This document shows positions 24,001 through 54,400 of a DNA stretch of 64,000 bases, piece by piece. Numbering within the stretch: position 1 is the first letter of the stretch; each line of letters begins with the position of its first letter. Below the pieces are notes generated by a model, which saw only the letters and a list, made by a program, of their open reading frames with translations, was not told the origin of the DNA and did no database searches. Source of the stretch: Phaeosaccion multiseriatum (lineage: Eukaryota; Protista; Ochrophyta, other classes); the NCBI GenBank assembly GCA_965112735.1, contig OZ218964.1:186001-250000 (forward strand). The letters are read 5' to 3'. A program made the position numbers and the translations under genes.

Positions 24001-25676
24001 CCTCCCTCCCTCCCTCCCTCCCTCCCTCCCTCCCTCCCTCCCTCCCCCCAAAGTTCCTTGTACACGGGCCTTGCGCAGCCCCCGAGCACGTACTTGCCAA
24101 GAACGACGATTACTGGACGGCCCTCATGGTGTGCGCCGACGGCGGCTTCACCGAATGCTGCAAGCTCCTCGTCAAAGCAGGCGCCAGCTCCTGTGACTTT
24201 GGCGCAGACGGACAGACTGCGCTGGACCTTGCCGGCCGGGCTAACGAACATATCTGCGTCAGGTGAGGGAGTGAGGCTCTGGTGTGGGGGCGAGCCGTCC
24301 CAATCCTCACTCACACACGCAAATCAACACGGAGCTTTTGAGCACATTTGTTTGTATGTACACCCTCCCAATGCTTGTCCATGCTTGCCCATATGCTTGC
24401 CCATATGCTTGTCCATGCTTGCCCATATGCTTGTCCATGCTTGTCCTCCTTTCCCCAGGTACCTCGCTTCGCTCGCAGCACCGAGCTCAGCGGATTTCTG
24501 GGGGGCGGTGGAGGACGGAGATACCGAGCGAGTGCTCGAGTGGTTGGCCACTAACGGTCACTTGGTGCACGTGGTGAACGACGAAGGGCGGACGCCACTC
24601 TTGGTCACGTGCCTCGCAGGACATCTCGACCTTGCCAACTGCCTGCTGCAGGCAGGGGCCAAGGTGAGAGGGAGGACGAGGGAGGGCGAGCAGGAGGATG
24701 AGGATGAGGAGGATGAGGAGGAGGAGGGGGAGGATGAGGAGGAGGAGAAGGAGGATCGAAGAGGAGGATGGTGGGGAGGAGGAGGGGGAGAAGGCAACCC
24801 ACACACAACCCATCCGAACACGGACGTGCGATGAAGGTCCTCTGAGTCGCGCTGGGCTGGACCATGGAAGACCCCTGAAAGCTTGCTTCCCTTTCTGACC
24901 TCCCCCCCCCCCCCTTCGCATTCTCCGCCTCCTTCCTTTGGTCGATGCCCCTCCTCCTGTACCTTCTCAGGTGGACTTCCAGGACCCGTCGGGTACGTGC
25001 CCCATCGACGTAGCCGTGGTGCTGGGGCGGCTTGACTTGGTCAAGAGCTTGGTTCAGCAGGGGGGCGCGGACCTAGAAGTGGCCAATCAGAAGGGGTGGA
25101 CGCCACTTATGCAGGCAGTCATGACCAGCGATCTGGACATTATTCGGTGAGAAGGGGGAGGATTGAGTCCTCATACTTTCACTTGCTCATTCACTCTCTC
25201 TCTCACTCCCTCACTCACTCATTCACTCACTCACTCACTTACTCACTCACTCACTCACTTACTCACTCACTCACTCACTCACTCACTCACTCACTCAGTC
25301 AGTCAGTCAGAACCCTTTTGATTTGTTGAATTGATTGAGTTGGTCTCTCGATTTAATGATTGCTCCTCTTGGGGATAGGATAGTCCTGACTCTTATCCTC
25401 TCTTGGTCTTGCTTTGTCCGCTCCTTGCTCCTTGCTCTTCGCTCCTCGCGCCCGCGCCATCCTCCCCCGCGGGTACACAGCTTCTTGGTCGACTCGTGCG
25501 CCAGGGTCAACGCCAGCAACAGCGATGGCAGCACGGTACTGGACATTGCTGAGATGGCGGGGAAGAGCCACGTGGTGGAGTATCTGGAGACGAAGGGGGG
25601 CTTCAGTTCCATCGATGTCAGGAAGCAGATCTCGGCCGTGGAGGAGGGCAAGAGGGGCCTCTTTAAGTTGTGGTGA
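21084..25676 (+). CDS. Ankyrin-repeat protein with a long charged, disordered N-terminus
   Basis: Ankyrin consensus in successive exons: GRTPLMIACALG, GWTPLMVACGGGH, GSTPLMWACGGGH, WTALMVCADGG, GQTALDLA, GRTPLLVTCLAGH, GWTPLMQAV, GSTVLDIAEMAG. Confidence 0.85.
23307..24047. repeat. About 740-bp near-perfect (CCCT)n array in an ankyrin-gene intron
   Basis: Visible array with only a few phase slips. Confidence 0.95.
25189..25310. repeat. Intronic (CACT)n microsatellite
   Basis: Visible array. Confidence 0.9.
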
Positions 25677-26204
25677 AGGAATGCAGGAATGGAGGGTAAG
25701 GAGGAGATGAAGAGAGAAGCTAAAGAGGGTGTGTTATGCCGTGTATGGGAGCTCGGAAGGAGGAAAGAGAGGAGGCGAGCTAGGATGGATGGATGGATGT
25801 TCGGAGCGGCTGTGTGACATGACTTGACGGGATAGGACTGGAGGACCGGGGAGGGGAGCAGTTGGTTGTATGTACAGTAATTGTAGCAGGGCCAGTGGGG
25901 TGCTAGGCAGAGCGGAGGGAGAGAGATCCATCGTGTGGTGTGGTGGAGAGAGGGGGGGGCGGGAGCGGCGGATGACGGCAGCGCATCCTTTTTTCTAGTA
26001 GTACTAGTAAAATTAAATCAAGATCGAAAAGAGCAGCAAGAGCTGCCCCACACAAAGAAAAGGCCACGGAGAGAGAGATTAGTCCCTCCCTCACCCCCCA
26101 CCCCTCGCGTCGGCCCTGTAGACTATACCGCAGGCCTCCTAGCTCTACCCTTGACCCTAGCGCAGAGCAAGAAATTTGAGTTTGAGTTTGATTGGCTCCC
26201 ACCA

Positions 26205-27687
26205 TCACGGTTCGTCAGGTATCCTCGATGTGTAGATGTGGATGGTGTCGAACGCCAGCGCTGTGTGCTTGGCATGGGGCAGACCAGCCATGCCCATCTG
26301 TACCACGAATTGCTCCGACAGAGGGAAGTCCGCGATGCTCCTCTGCAGGTGCTGGTACTCCTGACAGGCAGGAGCAGCAGGAATCAGTGAGACAGCAGCA
26401 ACAGTTCAGTTGGTGATACAGACGCAACAGTAGCAGGCCCAGCACGGCAGAAATTGCAGGAGCTCAGGATGCAAGGCCAGGGCAGCAGCAAGCCATCTGG
26501 TGCCATCAAAAGGCTCCTGCTTCTCTGTATTGCTCACCTTGGCTTTGCCCGTGAGTCTGCCCACCAGGGGAGCCACAGTCTCGATGAACACCTTGGCCAC
26601 AGGGGCCAGGGCACCGCTGTGGGGCTGCTGCACTTCGAGGATAGACACAATGCCTCCCGGCTTGGCCACACGACGCATCTCCTTCAGAGCCTTCGCCTGA
26701 GAGAATGGAAGAAAGGGGAAGGACCGTCAGTATCTCCCTTGCTTCTTTGCTTGCACCCCTTTTTATTTGCTTTTCAGCTACCCCTCTCTCTCTCTCCTCT
26801 CTCCCCTCTCTCTCTCTCTCTCTCTGTCTCTCATGGTTTCTGTTTCGTACCCTATTTTCGACATTTCGAATGCCGAAGGCCATGGTGACCTTATCGTAGG
26901 AGTCGTTGTCCACGTCCTCCAGGTGCTGGGCGTCCCCGAGCTGTAGCTTCACCTGCGAGTGGACGAGTGCACACAGAGACAGTGTGTGCCCGAAGCAGGG
27001 CAAGGAGAGATGAAGACGGCTCTCTCTCCAGGCATAGGCACAGGACACAGGGAAGGACGCACCAGCACACAACCCCCCACCCCCCCCCCACCTTGCGCTT
27101 GAGGCCCTCCTGCTTGGCCTTCTCCTTGCCCACTCGGATCATGTTGACGCTAGGGTCGATGCCCAGCACCTTGCCCCCGGCATCTGCGTCCACCGCCTGC
27201 ATCCGCCTGGCCACCATCAGCGCCACGTCTGCGGTGCCTGTGGCCAGATCGAGCACTTTGTCTCCAGGCTTGAGCTGCCAGAGACCAGCGGGAAGGTGGG
27301 GGGGGGGGGTGGGGAGAGATCGAGGGGGAAGCATAGGTGATGCGGCAGCCACAGAGGCAAAATACTACAAGAATCCTGTTGGGGTTCTCCTCCTTCAACC
27401 CTGTATTGATTGGGCCTATTCCGGCCGCTTACCTCCAAACTATCGATGAGATTCTCTCTGAACCAGCCATCCAACCCCATCGTCATAACCTTATTGATCA
27501 GGTCGTACTTTCCCGCAATGTCGTCGAACATGTGGCCGCTCCCCATGGCCTTCCCGCCCCTGCCACCCCGTCCCAGCTGCTCATCCAAATTAAGATGTGC
27601 AAACTTGTTTTGTTGCTGGAGAATGAAGCCCACCACAACCGCAAGGCCCGCAGCGAGAAGACACAGGAGTCCCTTGCACACCTTCAT
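26205..27687 (-). CDS. UbiE/COQ5/MenG-family quinone C-methyltransferase, 5 exons, with an N-terminal hydrophobic segment
   Basis: Motifs MFDDIAGKYDLINKVMTMGLD, VLDLATGTADVA (SAM motif I), GIDPSVNMI, GDAQHL, MAFGIRNV, MRRVAKPGG and EYQHLQRSIADFP. Stop at 26205-26207. Confidence 0.9.
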
Positions 27688-28129
27688 CGCCCCTGCCTCT
27701 TCTGCTGCAGCAGTGCTGCTGCTGCGCGCCCTGCTCTCTGTGCCCTGCTGACCACCGACTTGCCTCCTCTCCCCTCCCCACGCCTTTCTTCTTCTACTGC
27801 TTCTCTGGTCAGAAAGATGTCGCTCCTTTATTCACTACACATTGGAATCATCTTCAACACAGAAGGGATGGCAGAAGCAGAAGGGAACCTGGATATCGAA
27901 GGGCTGGGTCACCACACATGGATAACCAATTGTCGCTTCTCACAGATGGGGAGGAAACGCCCCCGCGTGACACGATGGGTGCAAGCACACACACGAAGGC
28001 ACAAACACGAAGCCAACGACCGAATAGCAAGATAATAGACGACTCCCCCTTCTATGGCAAAGGGGGGAGCCTCTTGGGGAGGTGCCTCCCGATTCCGGGT
28101 TGCGTGTCTTTGAAAAAAAGGGTGACCCG

Positions 28130-46780
<18,651 letters not shown>

Positions 46781-47127
46781 TCTGACCATGTTGCTTGTCC
46801 TCCGCTCCGTCTTGTAAGTAGCTGATGGGCCTCCGTGCCTTCCCTCTGTATTGATGGCTCGGCACTCCATCCATGGACATTGAATGGTTGCCCCAGACCT
46901 CTTAACTAGCTCCACTCCTTTCATGGCAGGGAAGGCGCCAAGGCCGCTTGGATTTCGAGCATGTAAAGCTAATAATGAATCTACTAGCATGCTTGCACAA
47001 CGTAGGTACGGAGTATCGAAGCGAGCAGGAGGTTGCCCGCCAAGTCCCCCTTCCCCTTCCACATCCACGCCGCGTTCATGTACCTCGAGGCTTGAGGGGA
47101 AAGGATACAGCAATGACTCTTATTCGA

Positions 47128-48415
47128 TTATTTGTTAGTTACTTGTAAGTATCGTTGATGAAGGGCCTGCTGAGCTCTCATCATGGTCAAGACGAGAGTC
47201 GACCCGTTCCAGCTTGAGTTGCTGAGCCCGGCCTCTTGCGCATTCAGAATCTGTTGGAAGCACCTCTCAGCCAGCGGGCTCGGCATGTAGACTTCGTGTA
47301 GCGGCGGCACGTCGTCAACCAGAGGCCGCAGGAAGTAGCTCAACGCGGGAAGCAAATTCCTCGAGGCGAGAAAGTCTTCTGTAGAGAGGATTCGAGGCCG
47401 TGTGCCGCCGGCACTCTCGACTGCCAGTTGGAGCGTCTCTGGTGTAATGTTAAAGGCCTCACAGGCGGTGTTATACACCGCCGGTGCTGGTGGTGTATGA
47501 CTGCTGCGCCTACCAACTCCCGTACTTGCCACTCGCGGCTGTGCACTGAGCCGGACGATGACCTGCGACACCAAGTCAACCGGAGTGGCGTTCATAGCGT
47601 GCGCCACAACCTCCCCGTGCTTGCTTGCCTGCTCAATCATGGACGTGAACACGTCCCCGCGCGTGGGGGCAAATCCTGTGGAGGTGTGCCCTGCGACGAC
47701 TGGGACTCTGTAAACACTGACGTCCAGGCCCTCCTGCCCTGCCTGCGTGACGAGCTTCTCTGCTACCCACTTCAGGGTTTGGGGGAAACGAGACAAACAG
47801 CGAGAAGGTGTGAGCATAGCGTGATAAGAGGGTAGAGAGCAAGAGTAACGCAGCACTGTCCATGATCGTACCTTGCTTTGGTAGTACCCGAGCTGCTTGC
47901 CGAGCGTGCACCCCGAGGCAGGAGCTGCAGTCATGTCTCCCAAGGGCGCGTCGGCGGGTATCCTCCCGTCCTCGTTGGCCATGTCCGGAGTTAGAGCAGC
48001 TATTGTGGACACCATGTGCAGCGTCTTCAAAGATTTCGTAGCAGCGAAGCTGAGCACATGAAGAGTCCCCAGTACGTTCGGCGCGAACAGCTGCGCATAG
48101 CTCTTGGAGTAGCTGATGAGAGCGGCCGAGTGGTAAACGAGAGTCACTGTGCTGGCCAGGCGCTGATACACTTCTTTGGAAAGCCCGAGAGTCGGAGAAG
48201 TGATATTCCCCTTGTAGACCATCAGCCTCGCTCTTTCCGACTCGCGTAGAGTAAGCTTGGCTTCTTTCAAGCCGAACAGAGTGCGCTGCATGGCGTCCTT
48301 ATCATCCAAAGCGCGAACAATGCAGTGCACAGTCGACTGAGGGTGAGCATGCAGCAAGTCCACCAGCAGATACCGCCCTACGAATCCTGTCACGCCTGTG
48401 AGCAGGATGGACTCT
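47128..48415 (-). other. Terminal thioester reductase (R / extended SDR) domain
   Basis: ILLTGVTGFVG (Rossmann fold), VHCIVRA, LVYHSAA, NVLGT, MVSTIA, and GYYQSK|WVAEKL (YxxxK) once intron 47770-47871 is removed; VYRVP. Confidence 0.9.
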
Positions 48416-51400
48416 GCTACTGGTGTGCTCAACCTCACACCTCCTGCTGATGCCTGCCACGCCATTTCCCGTATCGTGGCGGCGATTTCGCTCGGCAGAT
48501 ACGCATCCGCCCACAGATCCGGAGCTTCTCGCTTACCCACAAGATCCGCCTCGAACTCTCCGTCAGCGCCGTTGCGACTGTGGGCTCTTCGCGACATACG
48601 CACCGCGGGCACCCCTTCGAGCAGCACATCGTCCGTCTGCTGCAGCCCGGGACCAATGAGAGTTCCCGGAGACACGCCGCAAGCACGGGGAAGAGACGCC
48701 GAGGCAGCAACAATGGATCCTGCCCCTACCGTCACCCTTCGGCCAACCTGAACCTTCTCAAATAGAACACAACAGGTGGTGCTTTCCTCGCTGTGAGCTG
48801 GAAGCGCCCTCCCTTCTTCCACGCTCCCAGTCACGCTGTAATCAAAGGGTAGAGACGCCGAGTCGCCTGCCCCCGCTGTCGCCCTTCGTCCAAGAAGGAC
48901 CTTCTCAAGCAGACTACAGCAATTGGTGCTTTCGTCACTGCGAGCTGGAAGCCCCCTCCCTCTTTCCACATGCACGACTCGTCGGGCATCGACCACGCAG
49001 TCCCTATCCACAACGCTTCCTGCCCCCAAGTGCACCAAATCGAAGCTGGACAGGCCATCCGTTGCAAGCACCACCGCATCTTTGCCCACTTCAGCTCCCA
49101 TGGCTCGTAACCACAAGGAGTGTGCTGCAGTGCCAGCGAGGCCGTTGACACCACTCTGTCTGGCTACCTGCGTGAACATAGTGCTGAACAAGTCTCTGTG
49201 GAACGTCACGCCCCCGACGGCCGCGTAGCAACCTGCGCGAGCTCGGCCAACGACGCCCCACTTCAGCACCACAGCCCACACAATCATAGCCATACTGAGT
49301 GACAAGAGAATCACAGGCGACATGACCAGAGCCAGCCACCTACCCACCGCAGTCACAAGCCACTGGGCCAACAGGGTGCTCGCGTACACACTGGTGAATT
49401 GAAACAGAAGAATGGCAACAGGAGCCACGATGGAGTACATCATGGTTCCCGCACCAGCCCACCACGCGAGTCCCCCACCCGCCCGAGGCTCCTGCTGCTG
49501 CTCATGCCGCTTGTGAAGCTTGACTCGTGTCACTAGGTCGCCACTGCGAAGAGTTCTCTCTCGCACCTTCGGATCGAAGGACGTCGATGAAGACGCACAC
49601 GTCAATGGACCGACCACAGAAGTATCGCAAAGCTCAGACCCCGGACACAGACAGGATCCTGCTGCTGTCACCGTGCAAGCTCCAAGCTTGACTGTCCCTG
49701 TATATCCTTGCGCCCGGGTGGCGAAGCTCCCCGACGCCACAGAGTGAGACCCCAGATCTAGCAAAGCAGGGTCCAGCACAGGGGAAGGAGCGCTCACTTT
49801 GGCAGTCCAGGCGACGCGAGCGCCCAGAGAACGAAGCCATATGACCATGCCAGGCCCTCCTGAGTGCAGAACCATGGACCGGGGGTACACCAGTCGCATC
49901 ATCACGTCGACAGCATGGACCTCTTGCCCCGTGACGCCGCGGCCACTGCTGCGGCTGCTGATGGCAGCAAGGGCTCCCAAGCATCGCCTCAGAGCGACAC
50001 TCATGGCGGTCATGCAGATGCCCGCAACTGAATAGGACAAGGCCAGAATCAGCATTGGCTTCGCCAGATACTGCTCCGTTGTCAGCTCCTTCAGCGGCGC
50101 GAGAGTGTCCACAAAACCAAGGGCGATGGGAAGCAGCGGCACCAGCGCCAGATCGAAGGTGGCGGCACATGCAGCCACGAGGTAGCCCACGTCGAGGGAG
50201 CGATAGTCCGGCACATAGCGTCCAAGCTGAGGCACGTACGTGAATAGGCCCCACGCTTTACTCATCTCCCCCCAGAAAAAGTACGCGGGTATACTCGCGG
50301 CCGCCATGCAAACTGCGGCCAGCGCGAAGCCAACCACAGTTCTCATGACGTCTTTCACGAGTGTAGCTGCAGGGTCATTCACACTGGGCAGCAGGGAGCT
50401 GCTCCCCATCCTATCAGCATTGTCGTCGCACTGCTTGGCCGGAGAGCCCCCCCACTCTGTGCAAGGGGCAAGGGGCCCACACCGCCCGCTGACCACCGTG
50501 GACGGTCGCAAGCGTACCATTTCGCCCATGGTTGTGCCTCCAAACACCTGAGACGATGCCCCCAACACGCAATCTGCGCCAACGGTGATTTGTCGGAGAA
50601 GGAGATGGTGGTCCTCTATCACCGCAGGCCGAACCCGACAAAACTCCTCCACAGTGGACTGCCGCCCCAAGTGCACCAAGTCGAACTCCGATACCGACAC
50701 CGAATGCAGGCGACACCCATGCCCAATCTTCGCTCCGAGTGCGCGAAGCCACCATGTCCACACCACACTCCCATGCAGCGGCAGCCGCTGCAACGCAAAG
50801 TCCGTCACGCGATCCACAAAGAGCCAGCGGAAGTAGTACCCGCTATTGATGGGATAAGACCCCGCCCGGTACCTGCCAATGACCACCCACTTGGTCAGCG
50901 TCACCACCGCCATGAGCAGAAGAGCCCACGAGAGGAAAGCGAGAGGTACACAGGCCAGCGCGGTCCACCTGCCCCACTTGTCTAGCACAATCGAGTCAAG
51001 GGCGATGACAGCGGGCAGCGCAGACGCGGCGACCAGCAGCGAGCTGTAAACCATCGCCACGATGCCCATGCAGAAGCTGACAATGTCGGAGGAGGACGAG
51101 CCAACGTAGTCAGCATCCCTGCCGTCCAGAGCACGGTCACCATCTTCTCTCTCGTCAGCATCACTGGCGTCCAGAGCACTGTAGCCTTCTCTCCTCTCGT
51201 CCTCCCGCACAGCAGCGGCGTCGCTGGAGTCTGCTTTGATCACCACGCCCACACCTCTATTGTCTTCTAAAGGAAATAAAAGCCCCAGTATATGCCGCGC
51301 GATATCTGCCGGTGTCGGGTGTTCGATCGAAATCGAAGGCGGTAGACTAAAGCCGACCCACGCGGAGAGTCGGTTGACAATCTCCACCGAAGCCAACGAG

Positions 51401-54400
51401 TCCACACCGGCCTCCATGAGGAGGGTGGAATCATGAATCAGACCACCTTCGTCTCCAATGCAGTGCTCCACAACCTGCTTCACCTTGTTCACGACCATCG
51501 CCTGGCGCGCCACCGGTGGCAGGTCCAACAACTCCTCATGTAGCTCCGAAGTTCCTTCTCCTGCTTCCAGATCCCCCTTTACATCGCCCAAAAGCCCTTC
51601 GAGCATGTGAACACGCCCACCTCTCGTGGCCTTCCCATACATGGCCCAGTCCATCCCAGGCAGGATGGACACATCACCCAAAGACGCTGAAGACGCTGAC
51701 GACATCACAGCGGCATCTAAGGCAGCCATGCCCAGCTCAGCTGACACCGTGCCCACACCCGCAAGCTCCAACTGCTTTTGAACGATATCGAGCTGGGCGG
51801 CCATACCAACGTCAGCCCACGGTCCCCACTGCAATGACATCCCTGCGAGGCCGAGGTGTCGCCTGTGCCGCATCAAACCGTCCACAGCCGCGTTCGCCGC
51901 AGCGTAGTTGGCCTGTCCAGCGTTGCCCAGTACTCCAGCCATGGATGTGAAGCACACAAAGAAATCCAGGCTTGAGGCGTGATCCTCCTCCCTCGACCAA
52001 CTCAAAGAAAGCTCGTGCAAGTTGACCGCTCCCTGCACCTTCGGTCGGAAGACGTTCGTCACGCTCTCCGCCGTCTGCTCTCCCATCAGCTTATCATCCA
52101 ACACCCCGGCAGCATGCACCACGCCGCGCACAGGGGGCAGCAGAGGCAGCACGCCCCCCAGGCAAGTCCGAAGTGCCTCAGCATCAGCAACATCACACGT
52201 AGGAGTATGGATCAGCTCCACCTTGTTCTGAAGCTGCTGCCATTGTTCTGTCATGCTCTCGGCGACCTTCCCACTCCTCGACAGCAGCACAAGGTGACGA
52301 GCGCCCCTCGACGCGAGGTGCTGAGCAGTCACGAGGCCGAGAGCCCCCAGACCGCCGCTGATGACGTACGTGCCATCGGACACGACTGGTACACCATACA
52401 AGGGGTTGGTCAGCACCACCTTGCCGATGTGCTTCGCTTGGCTCATGAGTACCATGGCCTTCTGAGTATCCTCCCTCATGTCAAAGGGTATGGTTGGTAA
52501 GGGCTTCACATTGCCAGACATGCAGTCCTCAGCCAGATGCTGCAGCTCGTCGCTTATCCAGCCCGGCTCACCCGCCGAAAAGTCGACATCGATAATGGCG
52601 CCCACAGCGACGAGGTTGTACCTCACATCGGGCCGGGCGGTGCGCATCTGGTCGTGATTCCACACGCCTCGCTTGCCAATCTCGACGAATGTACCACCCT
52701 CGCTTAGCATGGCCAGCGAGAAGGGAATGAAGTCGTCGCTCAGAGAGTTGAGCACCACATCGACCTTCACCTCCCCCATGGACAGCTTGAACGCCTCTGC
52801 GTCTCGCGATGACGCAATGTGCTCCACTCCCAAGCTCCGGAGGAAGTCATGCTTCACAGCAGCACCAGCAGTGGCGTACACCTCTGCGCCGACCCGCTGA
52901 GCATACTGCACGGCAGCAAGGCCCACACCGCCCGATGCAGCGTGAATCAGCACCTTCTCTCCAGCCTTGAGGTCGTGGAAGGCCTTCACCACCGTCAAGC
53001 ACACGGTGGGAAGTGCAGCGGCCTGCTCGAAGCTCAGCACGGCCGGCATCACAGCCAGGCACGCATCACTCGTCGTCATATGACTGCGCAAACATCCTCC
53101 GTCCGCAAAGCCAAACACTGCGTCGCCGACACGGAAGCGCGAGCTTCCTCCGACTCTGATCACCTCCCCGGCGAACTCGGAGCAAGGATCCCCAGGATCG
53201 CCAGGGTACATGCCAAGCACATTAAGCACGTCCCGGAAGTTCAGGCCAACAGCCCTGACTGCCACCTCTACGATGCTGCCAGCTGGGTCAAGGAGCTCAT
53301 GTTTGCCCACATCAACATCATCGCGAAGGAGAAAGGCATTGGCTATACTACCTCTTGCCCTAAGCTCCAGGGAAAACGGAAGATTCAAAGCTGGGCGTGC
53401 AAGCCGAGGCATCCAGCACTGACCATCGCGTACCCACACATCTTCTGTGGTGCCAGGGAAGGCCAAGCCTAAGGCAACCTCGCTGTCTGAGGCCTCCTTG
53501 TCGCTCAGGTCCACCACGCGAATCTGCATGTAAGGGTGCTCCATCCTTGCAGTCCGCACCAAACCTGCCACCCAGCTGTGACGCCAGTCCTCGCCGCTGT
53601 CGACGCCTCTCGTCAAAACCGTCAGGGGCATATTCGACGTAGTCGACAGGCTCCTGAGTAGAGCCATCAGGGCGTAAGCCGCTCGTGCTTGCTGGCCCCC
53701 TTCTGCGTCTTCTTCGCCAGCTCCGGGTATCAGCACGTACAAGACGCGAGCCCACTCATCCTCTCCAAGAAGAAGAGCATCATCATCCCCGGAGACGTCT
53801 ACCCCCCCATATCGAGTGTGGACGTGCACGTTCTGCGGAACGCAGCGCCGCACTACAGCCATAATTGCAGTCTCTCCCTCCCTCTCGTCCTGTGGAATAA
53901 CCACCAGCCACTTCTGTGGCGGCGCCGCCTCAGCAGGGTCAGTATCACTACCAGGGGCCTCCTCCTGTGTAGACGGTTCAGCAGCCTGCCACTCCAATGC
54001 GTACATTGCACGACGAACGGGGCTGGCACGCACAAAGCCCCTCGCCCGCTGCACACGGAAGCCCCGCATCTCCACGAGCACCTCTTTGCAGTCGAAGTCT
54101 GCAATGCGGATGTCAACCTTGACGCTGCCCGCCACTGACTGGACCTCAGTCAGCTTCGTGTGCACCCACACGTTCTTTCCCGTCATGGAGGCGGACACGA
54201 TCACCTCGTCAAAGCCAGCAGGTAGGAATGGAGAGCTCCCCCCCTCCTTGAGCAGCTTCCTTGGCAGCGCTTGCATGATGGCATGGGTAGCATTGTCCAG
54301 CACCGCGGGGTGCAGAGCAAAGCCCTTCATCTCCCACGGCTCGCACAGCTCCTCATCCATGGCACACACGGCCGACAGAACCTCTCCGTCCCCTCCGTAC

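Noticed and set aside
23143-24834. Long ORFs encoding (PSLP)n or (GGRE)n, and similar (LTHS)n or (MYVC)n ORFs elsewhere
   Set aside because: These are stop-free translations of intronic microsatellites, not proteins.
179-27687. GT14, GT8 and UbiE methyltransferase as tailoring genes of a PKS cluster
   Set aside because: They lie 19-47 kb from the PKS, are interleaved with chromatin, trafficking and ARM genes, and belong to common housekeeping families. There is no evidence of linkage.
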